DNA from: Asterias rubens
Taxonomy: Eukaryota
Direction of reading: 5' to 3'
DNA: 64,000 nt
Assembly: GCF_902459465.1 (NCBI RefSeq)
Contig: NC_047062.1
Span: 12,586,001 to 12,650,000 of the forward strand
Part shown: positions 49,263-61,300 of the stretch, piece by piece
Layout of the letters: each line of letters starts with the position of its first letter
How positions within the stretch are numbered: the first letter of the stretch is position 1
Notes under the pieces: model-generated
Told to the model about the DNA's origin: nothing
Databases searched by the model: none
What the model saw: the letters and a program-made list of their open reading frames with translations, nothing else
Program-made: the position numbers and the translations under genes

Positions 49263-51269
49263 TCAAACTTTATGTTATGACGTCTTCGATGACCTCATCA
49301 TTACCAGAAAAAGTAGCATTTTCATTATAAGGTCTAAGAACACGTAAAGCTTCAAGTCTATTTTACAACCTTTCAAAAGTTTCTGGTAGAATAAGAAGAC
49401 ATGGTTATGGTTATGGCGCGATCAGAAATTGAAAGTACGCCTATACATCTTGCCATATTATTGGCATATTGCCCCGAGCCGGAACGAGCATGTTTGTGTG
49501 CTTTACATGGTGTTTCCTTAACAACTATCTTATTGAGCGAACTCTACACAGAAAAGTTCTTTGACTTGAGGAAATAAAAATACACATTTTGCCTGGTTGG
49601 AAATTTATCGAGGGTATCGAGAGATTGCATGGTGAAACAGAACGTCAGTAACAACGGAGGGACAAAAAGTACGTGTTATCACTATACGAACAATACACTT
49701 TCTGTTTTGCGAAGAAGACTTTTGTAAAGGAAACACCATAAGGCCTAGATACAAAGCACACAAACATGCTCTCTCTGAATAAGTCCATTAGGCCGTCCGC
49801 CATACCGCGGTGGTCTGAGAAACTCTCTCTCTCTAAGACATCTGTCTAGAGCAGCTGTCTTTACCTCATGCAAACTTATTTTCAGTGCACGAATGTTGTG
49901 TGTCAATCTGGCTTTCGGTCTTCCTCTTTCCGCACGACATGCTGCCCCGGGGTTTTGCAGCAAACAAACCCGACCCCAAAGCTCCCAGACACGAAACAGA
50001 CAAAACTCACGCTCGTCATTTTGGAAAAAGTCTGAGACAACAACAGACAAAAATAGTGAAGAAAAGGGGAACCAAAAATAAACCAAACCAGCGCCTCATG
50101 TGAGTTTAAAAGAGGAAAAAGAGATAGGCGCATGAGACGCTCATCAGTGTGCTCCAGGGGTGAGAGAGAAAAATAAAATGTGGACAAAATTAACACTACA
50201 TATATCTTGGTATAAGATATGCACTAACCCTAAAAGTCCGAAAACAATGCAAATAAGTTCAAGTAAAGATCTTTAATGGTCGTCAAATAGACAGATCTCA
50301 CCACTGCCACGGTTATAACGGCCCGCGAAAAAACGGAACTTGGTGCTAATTTTCGTACAATGTTTCCGATCGTCGTGATATTTTCCTGGCCCTTTTCTAT
50401 TGCATTTGTTTAATGACTGTGACTTTGGGCACCATTTTGTTACGACAGAAACTTAATGAGAATGTCGGCATTGTGAAGAGCCCGGAGCACCGAAAGAGGG
50501 CGTCCTTTTACGGCGTCTTTTGGTGGAAGGCTTGTTGTTGTTCAAATATAGAGCGAGGGTTCAAGGCTTTCAAAGTAATGACGTTAACACAAAGAACAAG
50601 CAGACCAAGTCTTGTGTAGAATGACACATTTATTCAAAAAACATTAGTAGTCCAACCCTGTTTCCTGCCATCAAGTCTGGTAGTACTGCATACTTGTACT
50701 TTTTGCATTTCCCCACCATCCCTTCCTACAATATTCTTGGTTATTCAAAGAGTCAACCCTTCATAAAGAGGGGGGGGGGTGTAATACTTCAACCTTCAAC
50801 GCGGTACCAGTCTCGCGTCCAGGAAGTGTTTGTTTGAAAATACAAGGCCAAGTTCTGTTTGTAACTTCCTCAGGAAGATGACGGGGGAAATCTCTTCATG
50901 TGCAACAACAACATACTGAAAAAACGAAAGAGGAAAAGGAAGAGGTCCCCAGATCGCTGGTTATAGTTCAACAACATAAAACAAAAGAGAACAATGGCTG
51001 AACGATTAAATGGTTCAGGGTGGAAAATGTGAGCAAATCCCGTGGGAGCTGTTAACAAAATGTTAGGACTAGCAAACGAAGGACATTAAAGGCATATTTA
51101 CACTCCGTGCCCTACTCACATAATGCCTATTTGTGGGGTACCTAAAAAAAAGCGAACATTGGTATCCTACAAGTAAATTGAAAGTGGACAATGTCCCACA
51201 AGGGATTTTTAAAGAAAAAGGACAGTTTAAGGACAGGGTACCTCTTGACGCCTCTCTTAATATGTTTGC

Positions 51270-51510
51270 ATGCGTGGAAGTGTCGTGGCCGAGCGAATCA
51301 GATCACCGAGTTCAAACTCTGGTGTTTCTGATCAGCATAGCTTGTGGGTTCGAATCGCCAGTTGTGACACTTGTTTGCTTAAGCAAGACACTTAACCATT
51401 GCTTCGTCCTTCGGATGGGACGTAAAGCCGTTGGTCCCGTGTGTTGCGTAACGCATATAAAAGAACTCACTTATCGAAAAGAGAAAGGGTTCACCCCGGT
51501 TCCTGGCTAA
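51270..51510 (+). mobile_element. tRNA-derived SINE
   Basis: GTGGCCGAGCG...GGGTTCGAATC head, GTGACACTTGTTTGCTTAAGCAAGACACTTAACC, GGATGGGACGTAAAGCCGTTGGTCCCGTG. Confidence 0.7.
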
Positions 51511-54050
51511 GGCTGCTTGTGAGTCTAGCTAGTGTTCCTCACAATGCCAAGGGTTGGAGTATTCATTCAGAGGGGATCGATGCAACTTACAAACATTCTT
51601 GATTGTTGATTTAATTGATTCAATTAATTTGTTCGACTCTCGGTTATTACAACTTCATACGTATGGACGAGTTATGATGAACGAAAAGCAAACAAAGACA
51701 ACTTTGTTAACGCAAATCAGAACAACCATATTTTTAGACAGTATACTCAGTTTAAATTAAGTAAAGCTATCAAATTTAATCAATTACAATCCAAGTTGTG
51801 AAACAGAGTCCCATAATCTTTTATGAAAACTCATTATATGTTTATGAGAAACTGCGTCAAAGAAAGTCAACTATCTTGCCTAACACCAAAGTGGCAAGCA
51901 ATTACTATGTTCACTACGCCAAGCTGTAATTGGAACATATGGGTGTTAACATAAAGTATTGTAAAGGCAAGCCAATTTATTTTAAGACAATGACAAGTAA
52001 AATAACATCCATTTATGATTTAGATAATAAAGCAATAGACTCACCAGATCCACAACCAACTCCTTCAACCTTACCAAGTTGCACGAAGTACCAGTGGGAA
52101 ATGAAGGCACCCTGTGAGCAAACTGAAACCAAACTCAATGGAGACCACTCCGCACTGTTATCAGAAATATGCCTAGAAGGAACGCACTCTGTTCGCATAC
52201 ATAGTTCCATACGTCACAACACCTCATATACCGAAAATAATGCGCAAGACTTAACAAAAAAATAGCTTGTTTTTGTTGATCTTAGGAGTGGAGCTAAATA
52301 TAATTACATGAAGGCGACAAGTATTTCTTTAATTGTAGTTTAGTGACTATATACTAGCTAAAACCAGGGTAAAATAGAATAATCAAACTTTGAGTGGAAC
52401 TACAAAATTGTCGAATGGACACCAAAGTACGAGAGTGTGATTAGTCTGAACAACTACGTCATTGTATATTACAACGGGCTGAATATATTTTTAAAGGAAT
52501 TTCAAGCAAAGTCTGCGTAGGGCAATATCGGGTGTTCTGATGTAAGGTGTCTTTCAATTTGGCATTTTGGACCCGATTTGTGGTTTTTGAATAAAATAAA
52601 ACTTAACAAAATTGCAAACTGTGAAAGTTGGCTAATAAAGAAATAAAACAGTTTGTTTTGGTTTTGGTTTTTTATAAGTCAACACTCAGAAATTTGTTAA
52701 ATCTGATCTTTTGCACTTTTGCTAAATGGTGTACAATTTAGGATTCTACACAGGATTACTCAATAACTGACTCGTACAATTGTAGTTGTTACTATCTCGC
52801 ATTCCTTTTTTTATTCACGGTTATTGCCAAATAAAACCATGTAGTGAAATTATTTCACCTTTCTTAAAAGTCGTTCTCTCCCAATGACATGATGCACTAA
52901 CAGAATAATTTCAATTGGGGGGGGGGGGGCGGGCTAAATGGCAGCAGACCTACCAGTGGAAATGTGAACATGTCCAGCGACGTAACTTTTCGCAAATTCT
53001 CTGTACACGCGTCTTAGCCGTGAAATAAGGTGCATGCTGGTCTAGCTAGCTATCAAGCTTGGTCCCTATCTAGACCAGCATGTACCTCATTGCGCAATGG
53101 GTATTTCGACGGGTCTATGACAATTACTTTGGTCTGCTGCCACCTAGCGTTGAACAGACTCCCATTGCGTCAGGCCTACATAATATAATTCCTGATCGTA
53201 AAATTGTTGACTTGTTGGTTTTTCGATTTCCAAGTCGATCATTAAGTGTATCACGGTCAAAAAAATTGACACAATTTTCGCTATGCTTGATCTTTTCAAA
53301 ATGTCATGGACAGATCTATAATACTGATAACGATTCCTTTACTGATAACATTTACTTGTGGCATGCAGATTCATTCGCACCTGTAGTTTCTGTTTTAATG
53401 TAAACTAGTATTGTGTCCGTAGGTAAAAGAGTGAACAATTTCACTCTCTTCCGAGTTGTGTCAGTTTCGCTTTTTTGAGAGTGAAATCTGCACCACTCCT
53501 CTTCGTGAAAGTGGTATGAACTTCTCTCTAAATTGAGTTAAAAGTACCCGTTGTTCACTCTAAAAAATATTTGTATGTCATTATGGCTTTTTGCAACGGT
53601 GGTATGGCGGACCAAACGAGTAGTTTTCATTTTTACATTGAGAGAGATGGTAAGGACGCAATCCCACTATAGGTCACGCCCACCCCCTTTATTTAAACTG
53701 ACTCATCCACCGTTTACCAGAAGCAAATAGGGCAATGTATTTGTTTTTTGATGAATTTGCACATCATTGCCTATTTCCAAATTTCCACTTAATTGCTGAA
53801 CTTTATTTAACCCCCCAAAATTCCCCCACATTAATGTAATAAGTGTGCGTCCTAATAACAAACTTTATTTCATTCCTTTAACATAATTAAATTCTCAGTA
53901 AAATACCATCACCAAAATAAGCCCAATACACTTTAGAGGAGAATTTGTGCCCCCTTAAATTCGGTAGTAAGGGCAGAGGCTAAGTGTAGGGATACTTGGG
54001 TATTTCTTCCTCTTTTTTTGTTTTTTGTTAATAACCCATCCAAACGTCTC

Positions 54051-54338
54051 CTAGACAATGTATGCACATCCGCAGTTACTTGATGTCATCGTGATGCTAA
54101 AACTTCCAGAGCCATCTCCTGTCTTAGCATGGATGCCCATCCGGGGACATGTACCGCTGCACGTCGTCCCGCAGCACGCTTCAGTGACGAAGGAACAGGG
54201 TTGGCCGGGCTGAATGTCGAAGTTCTTTATGCTGGATAAGTAGAAGTCATATGCCCGCATGTGACTGCAAGCGACCTTCCACAAACACTTTGGTTGCATA
54301 AAGGTTCCTTTGTTCGGATAAAAGTCTTGGTGACCCAA
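54051..54338 (-). pseudogene. Isolated terminal exon of a second lipase paralog (intact frame, acceptor and stop); upstream exons not found in the window
   Basis: TTCTTTTTACAG|LGHQDFYPNKGTFMQPKCLWKVACSHMRAYDFYLSSIKNFDIQPGQPCSF...CPRMGIHAKTGDGSGSFSITMTSSNCGCAYIV*; same exon boundary and phase as 45313. Confidence 0.75.
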
Positions 54339-54648
54339 CTGTAAAAAGAAGGAACATTGATTAGAGGTCCGGTCACACAGGCCCCGATAACGAGTACGAA
54401 AACGAGAACGATAAAAATGCACGCCCTCGATTGGTTGAACGAGCGTGGACGTATTCTGCGTGGAGCATTTCAACAATCGAGTGCTTGCATTTTTATCGGT
54501 TTCGTTGTCGTTCTCGTTTAGTGGGGTTGTGGCGGGAATTCTGTCCCCCTGGAGATCAGTGCCGGGTACCAGGGAATTCTGTCTGCCGGAAATTCAGTCC
54601 TTCTCATTGGAAATTAACGTAGGGGTCGGATTAACGTAGGTGTAAGAG

Positions 54649-54872
54649 GAGGATTCAAAAGAGGGCGCTATCAGGAGAAGTTTGTACACAGTTTTAACTT
54701 AGGCCGTGTCCGAAACGACGACTTCGGCTACAGCTACGTCTAGATCAGCGCGTCTACCAGTGTTGAAGAATAGCAGACGCGCGCGATCTAGCCGTAGCTG
54801 TAGCCGAAGTCGCCGTTTCGGACACGGCCTCAGTACAAACTTCTTCTACAGCGCCCTCTTTTGAATCCTCCT
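54649..54872. mobile_element. Nested inverted-repeat structure: Harbinger-like MITE (54701-54830) inside an outer inverted repeat
   Basis: Inner TIR AGGCCGTGTCCGAAAC; outer arms AGGAGGATTCAAAAGAGGGCGCT..GAAGTTTGTAC / GTACAAACTTC..AGCGCCCTCTTTTGAATCCTCCT. Confidence 0.65.
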
Positions 54873-55334
54873 CCTCCAATGTTAATGGGGGACCGAATCT
54901 CCGGCGGGCCTGGACACGGGCATCAACCGAATTCCTCATCTTGTTGTTATTGATTGGGGGTTTGGGGGGGGGGGGGGTTGAAAGCTCAAGACTCATTTTG
55001 ATGTTAAGTCTGGCTTTTTAAGTATCTCCTTTATGTTCATCTGTGTTCCTTTTTATGCTTGTCGGGCCTTTTAAAATCTAGTTGTTCATTGGTTTGTACT
55101 TTCTTATGTGCTTTTTTATATACACTTTTTTTAATTTCTCGGATTTAGGAGACATACGCCTTTCGGCGATAGTTATTTTGTTTTTACTTTTGTTTAGTTT
55201 TTAAAAGCTCTACTTGGTATCCCGCTGTTGTTTTACTTTGTTTGTTTTAAATATTGTTTTATAAGTATACTTCACGCACTTGTAAAATAATGTGTTTATT
55301 GGGGCGGTTGAAACAAGGTTTACCGGTTCCTCTA

Positions 55335-58300
55335 CCGACAATGGCGGTCAGGCAGTCCAAAAAGAACACATTACAAGTAAAGCTGGCACATAAAGGAACA
55401 ACAAAATATACAAATAACTACACCAAATAATATAGAAAAACGTGCAACGATATTGTATAGTTGGCTGTGGGGTTTGTGTGGGGAAGGGTCAAAACCAGGG
55501 ACGCCTACCCGATTCGACGTCATTACGTAATGCTTGAGGTAATTGGGACCGTAAAATCGGATACCGTGGGCTTATCACACAATTTTTCATAATTTGTAAT
55601 TCGATAGTCGTTGGCACGTTAAATTTGTAATTCGATGGTCGTTAAATTTGAGTGACTATACCTGGTGTACGTTTCCAAACTTTAGTTTGAATGAATGTTT
55701 GCAGTCAATACAAATATGGCATGGCATGGCACTTTGGTTGGTAACTTTATTGTGGTGAGCCTAATGTTGTGCTTTAGCTGCTTGTTTGTGCTGAAGCACC
55801 TTCAAAGAGTCAGGACCTCTAGTTACACCTTGCTCCGTGAATACACCTTGCTTATGTTAGTTGCCATTGAACGATAAACAGGTATATCAGTAGTGAGAAT
55901 TACTCTTTAATTGAGTGAAGTAATGATATTGAAATGTTGATTATCATTCGTGAATTGGCTATAGCAGGTATACCGATCGATTGGTTCTTAATGACCGTGC
56001 TTATTTGATACGTGTATTTAAAACATACTTTTAGAGGGGTTGGGGGGGGGGGTAAATGACGGACTCCCGATTTATAAAGTCATCAGACACAGGTGTCTTC
56101 AAATTTGACGAAAGGTACAACTTAACCCATTCTTCGTACAATATGCGCATACAATTTGATTTAAAATTAATGACACAATTCTTCGTATGCCTAATACGTT
56201 CTTAGAGTCTTTTTCGGAAACTCTCGAAAATTATGCTATTTTGAACTCAAGTTCTGATGACTTATATTGACTATGTAGTTCGAAACATATTATCTAGATA
56301 TAGTCATAATATTATTACAAACTGTTGAAATATAGTATGGTTGCAAATGAATGATCGCATTGAAAGCTTAAAACAACGAGAGTAACGTTCACATTGTAAC
56401 TATTTGATCAGAACCAATAATACTTACCAACTGACACGCACCACTATGTTTAACATGACATTGTTGCCAAAAGACGTTCCGTAATATGTTTTTAATTTAA
56501 CTTAAAGGATGTCGCAGCACAATCGAAATTTTGTGGTCAAAAGGTAAATTCGAAAATATGTTCAGAGATGTTTACATAATATAGCTAAGGTATTATGGAG
56601 CCCCTCTGAGAAAGGTTAACAACAATCTAAACTGTACAATTCAAAATATTTTGTGTCCTCAAAATATTGTTTCGTAACCTCGAAATATAATTTCGTTTCC
56701 CCGAAATCATTTCATAACAAGAGTTCACAATGTGTTTCATTTGACATTTAGACACGCCGAAATATAGCCTGATCTGTATATTTTAAAAATACTTGTTGTT
56801 TTAAACAATATGACGTTCCGAGGCTTCCATAGTTTAATTCGAACCAACGAATATTTGAGTTTTCTGCATTGTCATATTGCTCCAACAGACGCGGGTATTC
56901 CATATTATTATTATGATTTTGTTGATGAAGTCGTTGTTTTAGAGGTTGCCGGGCACATATGGGATTTAATATTATAATATGTATTTTTTTTTATAGGGGT
57001 TTGCATTTGATGAAACAAGCTTTGAATAGGGCACGCGCAGAAAATATAACTAGGAAGATTATGTGCATTACACATCCAAGGGAAAATACTAAAATTGATC
57101 ATGATACCGAGGATTGCGTTGCCAAGCAACATTGGGCCACAACGCGTCCGCACCCAAGTAACGAGCACCGACAACGGCCGCATCCTTAGACGTTGCCATT
57201 ATAATACTAAAGTAATTATATCAACCATAACAAAAATCATACTGACCTTAAAATATGGAGCGAACACAATGAATGAAATATACATCTTGAAGAAATGTAT
57301 ATACCCATTCACCCTTTCATCATCCGTAAAGGGGAGGTTTATTTAATTTTCTTTTGAAATTTTTTTTTGGGGGGGGGGTTGCGGGGAGGGTGCTTGTTTT
57401 CTTTCATGTTAAAGGAATACGTTGCCTTAGATCGGTCGAGTTGTTCTTTGAAAAGCGTTTGTAACCGTTTGTTATAAAATGCATAATGGTTAGAAAGATG
57501 TTCTCAAAGTATAGAATACAACGATTCACACAAACATGCCTCGAAATTGCATGGTTTTCCTAACATTGCATTTTATAACAAACGGTTACAAAGGCTTTTT
57601 AAAGACCAACTCGTCCGATTGTCCCTTTAATCTATGGTCTACTCATGCCCTAGACGTTAAGGACAAAATAGTTATACTATGTCACATACTGGCTTTCATC
57701 GTTATTTCTGCGAAGGTTTCCCAACCGTTTTAGGTCGTGCCAGATATATAGCCCGCTATTTGTTTGATATAAAGACAATTCAAGAGACTTTTGTGTGAAG
57801 TTTGTTGTTGATAGAATGATCAAAACATGGTGCATAGATAAACATTAATGCTCCCATACCCAACCTCTAAAAGGCCTCTCCAATCTACATTAGGCTTATG
57901 TGCTTTTTGCTAAAACAGAGTACGTTTCCCCTCGTCGAATTTTATGTAAAATTAATGTGTGCTTGTAAAACTAGCTACATTTTGTGGATTCCGAAGTACT
58001 TTCTCCATTGAACCACAATCTTCTTTTAGCGAGTCCAAGGCCCCCTCCTTGTCATTCTGTTTCCATCGATTTACTCGCATGGTTTAATCTAATTGTGATA
58101 ATTAGCGAGGCAAATCAACAATTCTTTTCACACGCACACAAGTTAGAATGTATAACGCCTCCCTGTTTGAATAATGTATACCTACTCACAAGCACTGTAA
58201 CAACGGGGTATACCCCCAAACAGATTCACACAAAGACCTCTGATTTTAACTTAAGTTTCATCATTTTGGTCTTTTTTTTTTCTTTCTTTTTTCCACCTTC

Positions 58301-61300
58301 TTCTTCCCTTTTGTCATATTATACTGTTGGTCCTAATGGCTTCTATTCGGGGAGCAATTCAAATAGAAATAAAGCAGAAAAAAGTCACAAAAGTTATCAT
58401 AGTATAAAACTGATTTTTCTCCTTTACCAGAGGTTGGTTTAAAGGGGGGGGGGGGCGTTTAAATGACTCATGGGAAATTACTTATTCCCATCATCACTTA
58501 AGTATTTTTTTCTGATATACAAAATCTTGCGTTCGGCCGTGGAACAACACCAAGTTGTATTATGAAACTCAAAAAGTGAGGCAAATAAGGGGAAATGTTT
58601 GATATACATTTGATGTAAGTTAAATTAAGTTTCTTGTTATTATCCTAATGTTTTCTTTCTAGACAAATCTGCAATGGACCTGTACTCAACTATCTCATGG
58701 CATTCTAACTATAGAACTGTTAATCAGAGACCTTAAGTTCCCCAATTTATTTAAAGTGATACATACACCAAGCAAAACACCGTCGCACACCGGAGTAGTA
58801 GGCCCACTGTGCTTCTGTTCTGTTTTTAATAATCTGTTCTCTCGTTGCCTGGTTTATGACAAGGCAGGATGTTTAATCTGTATCAATATTAATAGCAGTC
58901 CCTCCCTTGGAGCAACCCTCCCTGGCTGCAGTTGGACTTTAGGCCAATAATGATTGATTCTGAACCCTAAAAACCTGCAATTCTGTGCAGCGTGAAAGTT
59001 ATCGACTACATCAGATTTGTCACGTGCTTTTAAACAACGGCTTCCTAAAGCGCAGTATTCGTTTTTTTTTTTATCGTGCACACGAAGCACGCCCTCTGCC
59101 GCCCGAGACGCAAAGTCGCAACACTAAACCGTGTGCCAACTTCAGTTTGAGGCATGATCCCATCACATAACTTCTATTATAAATGAGGATACAAACAAAA
59201 CTCAGCAGAACGATTCATTCCTTTTTGCCTGTACCTTGGTCTATCCCTGGCCGATCAAGTTTAAAATCAGGCAACTTTCAACTCAACAATGTCTTTGAGC
59301 TACCGCGTTATTGCCTACTGTGTTAATTTGGCCAGCTGCATGTACCTCTGCACTACTCGTATAAATTTAATACAGCACAGCTATTTCACGCACTTGTCAC
59401 TTCGTATGTCTTAAAACATGTGTGGTTGTGTGCTCAATTCGGTACAATCAGGTCACAAGAAAACCTAAAATAAAAGGTTTCCAAGTGGACAAATCTGAAG
59501 ACTACATTGGATGCTCCAAATGGAAATTTGTGTACAAAGTACACACATGTGTATATGGGAAAATGTTAAGTACATGGACAATAGGAAGGTTCAAAGACAT
59601 TTCCTCGGGGTGCACTTAGACCGTGAGTGTCTATACTGTCTAGTGAAACCGAGTGGGGAATTTACCCAACATGGATCCGGTTTATCTTACGGATTGGGTC
59701 CTTGCTGCGCTTTCGCGTACAAATTAGGACGTCGCTTCAAAAATGACCAAACAACATTCTTAAACAAGAATCGGAACTCAAAGAGAAGTCCTTGGTTTAC
59801 AGCTTGTTAAAACATGTGTGATTTATTTTTAAAATCGAGTGTTACTGGGTACAAAACGATGTGATACTTCTTGTGACAAATTAGAGGAACACGTTGCCTT
59901 GGATCGGACGAGTTGGTCTATTAAAAGCGTTTAAAACCGTTTGTTATGAAATGTATATGGTTGGAAAGATGTTGTAAAAGTACAATATACTGATCCACAC
60001 AAGTATCACTCAAAATTGCACGGTTTTCCTTTTACGTCGCGAACTATCACGGTCGGCCATTTATGGGAGTCAAAATGTTGACTCCCGAAATGACCGACCG
60101 TGTTAGTCGACAAGGTAAAAAGAAAACCACGCAATTTCGAGGCATATTTGTGTAGATCATTGTAACCTACTTTTACAATATCTTTCTAACAATATGCATT
60201 TTAAGTAGGATTTGAAACTTTGCATGGTGGAGATAAGATATAGAGGAGTTTGCGGTAACACCATGTAATAATCTCTAAATGAGTTGGGGTGGTTCTGAAA
60301 AAAACCGTTGGTTTAACTCGACGTTTCGATCAGTATGCTCTGATCGTCTTCTGGAGAGTATGCATTTTATAACAAACGGTTACAGAACGCTTTTCAAAGA
60401 CCAACTCGACCGATGCAAGGCAACGTGTTGCTTAGTAAAATCTGTTAACCCGATTCCTATAATTCGAGATTGAATTTCTTTGAAAAATTTAGTTTTTAAT
60501 TTTCGGGCCCTCAATGGTTTAGCCCCTGGATACATTTGTTCTTCATTCATTCCCCTCTGCCTGGTTCACGATCATCGAGACTCTCAAAACGTCCTTGAGC
60601 CTCGTTCCCACTAAAGAAATTTGGTGTTAGAGGGCGTATGCTACTTGTTTGTAGAATTCATTATACATTTTGCATCATTATAATACAAGCTTAATAGAAA
60701 CCTTTAAAACTCAATTCAATACTGCCTATTATTGTCTTTTCTTTTGTTTAATGTTCTCTTGCGTCATACTCTTGAAGGTGCCATGATAACAACTGTCAGG
60801 GGGAGACAAATTCATGCATTACAAGTTTTGTTTTTAAATAACTTCGAAGTTAACAAAAACAAATTGACAGAGTGTAATTTGAACCAAAAATCTCCGGTTT
60901 ATAGGCACTGGCGTTTAGTTATTGTCAAAGACCAGTATTCTCACTTGGTGTATCCAAACACATGCATTAAAACGAATCTGCCAAATTTGACTCAATATTG
61001 ATCATCGAAGTTGCAAGAGAATAGTAAAAGAACAAACGCCATTGTTGCAAAAGTTTGTGTGCATTAAAATGCTTATTTAAATGCTTCAGGCCTGAACTCC
61101 TCTATTTTTAAGTGAGAAATAACTTCTTTCTCAAAAATTGTATCTTCAGAAGGGAGCCGTTTCTAAAAGAATCAACAGCTCTCCATTGCTCGTTACCGCG
61201 AATAAGTTTTGTTGTTAACAATTGTTTTGAGTAGTTACTACTAATAGTGTCCAGTGCCTTTAACGTGATGGTGTCTTATGGAAATCTGTACGCCGGGGAT

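Noticed and set aside
49400-50420. CpG-richer stretch with several overlapping short ORFs
   Set aside because: No homology-like motifs, codon pattern or exon structure that I could support; it may be regulatory, but this cannot be shown from sequence alone.
54339-55334. Missing LDPA/IHTD exon of the second lipase paralog
   Set aside because: I scanned the minus-strand frames by eye and found no matching motif; ORF 54754-54996 overlaps MITE sequence.
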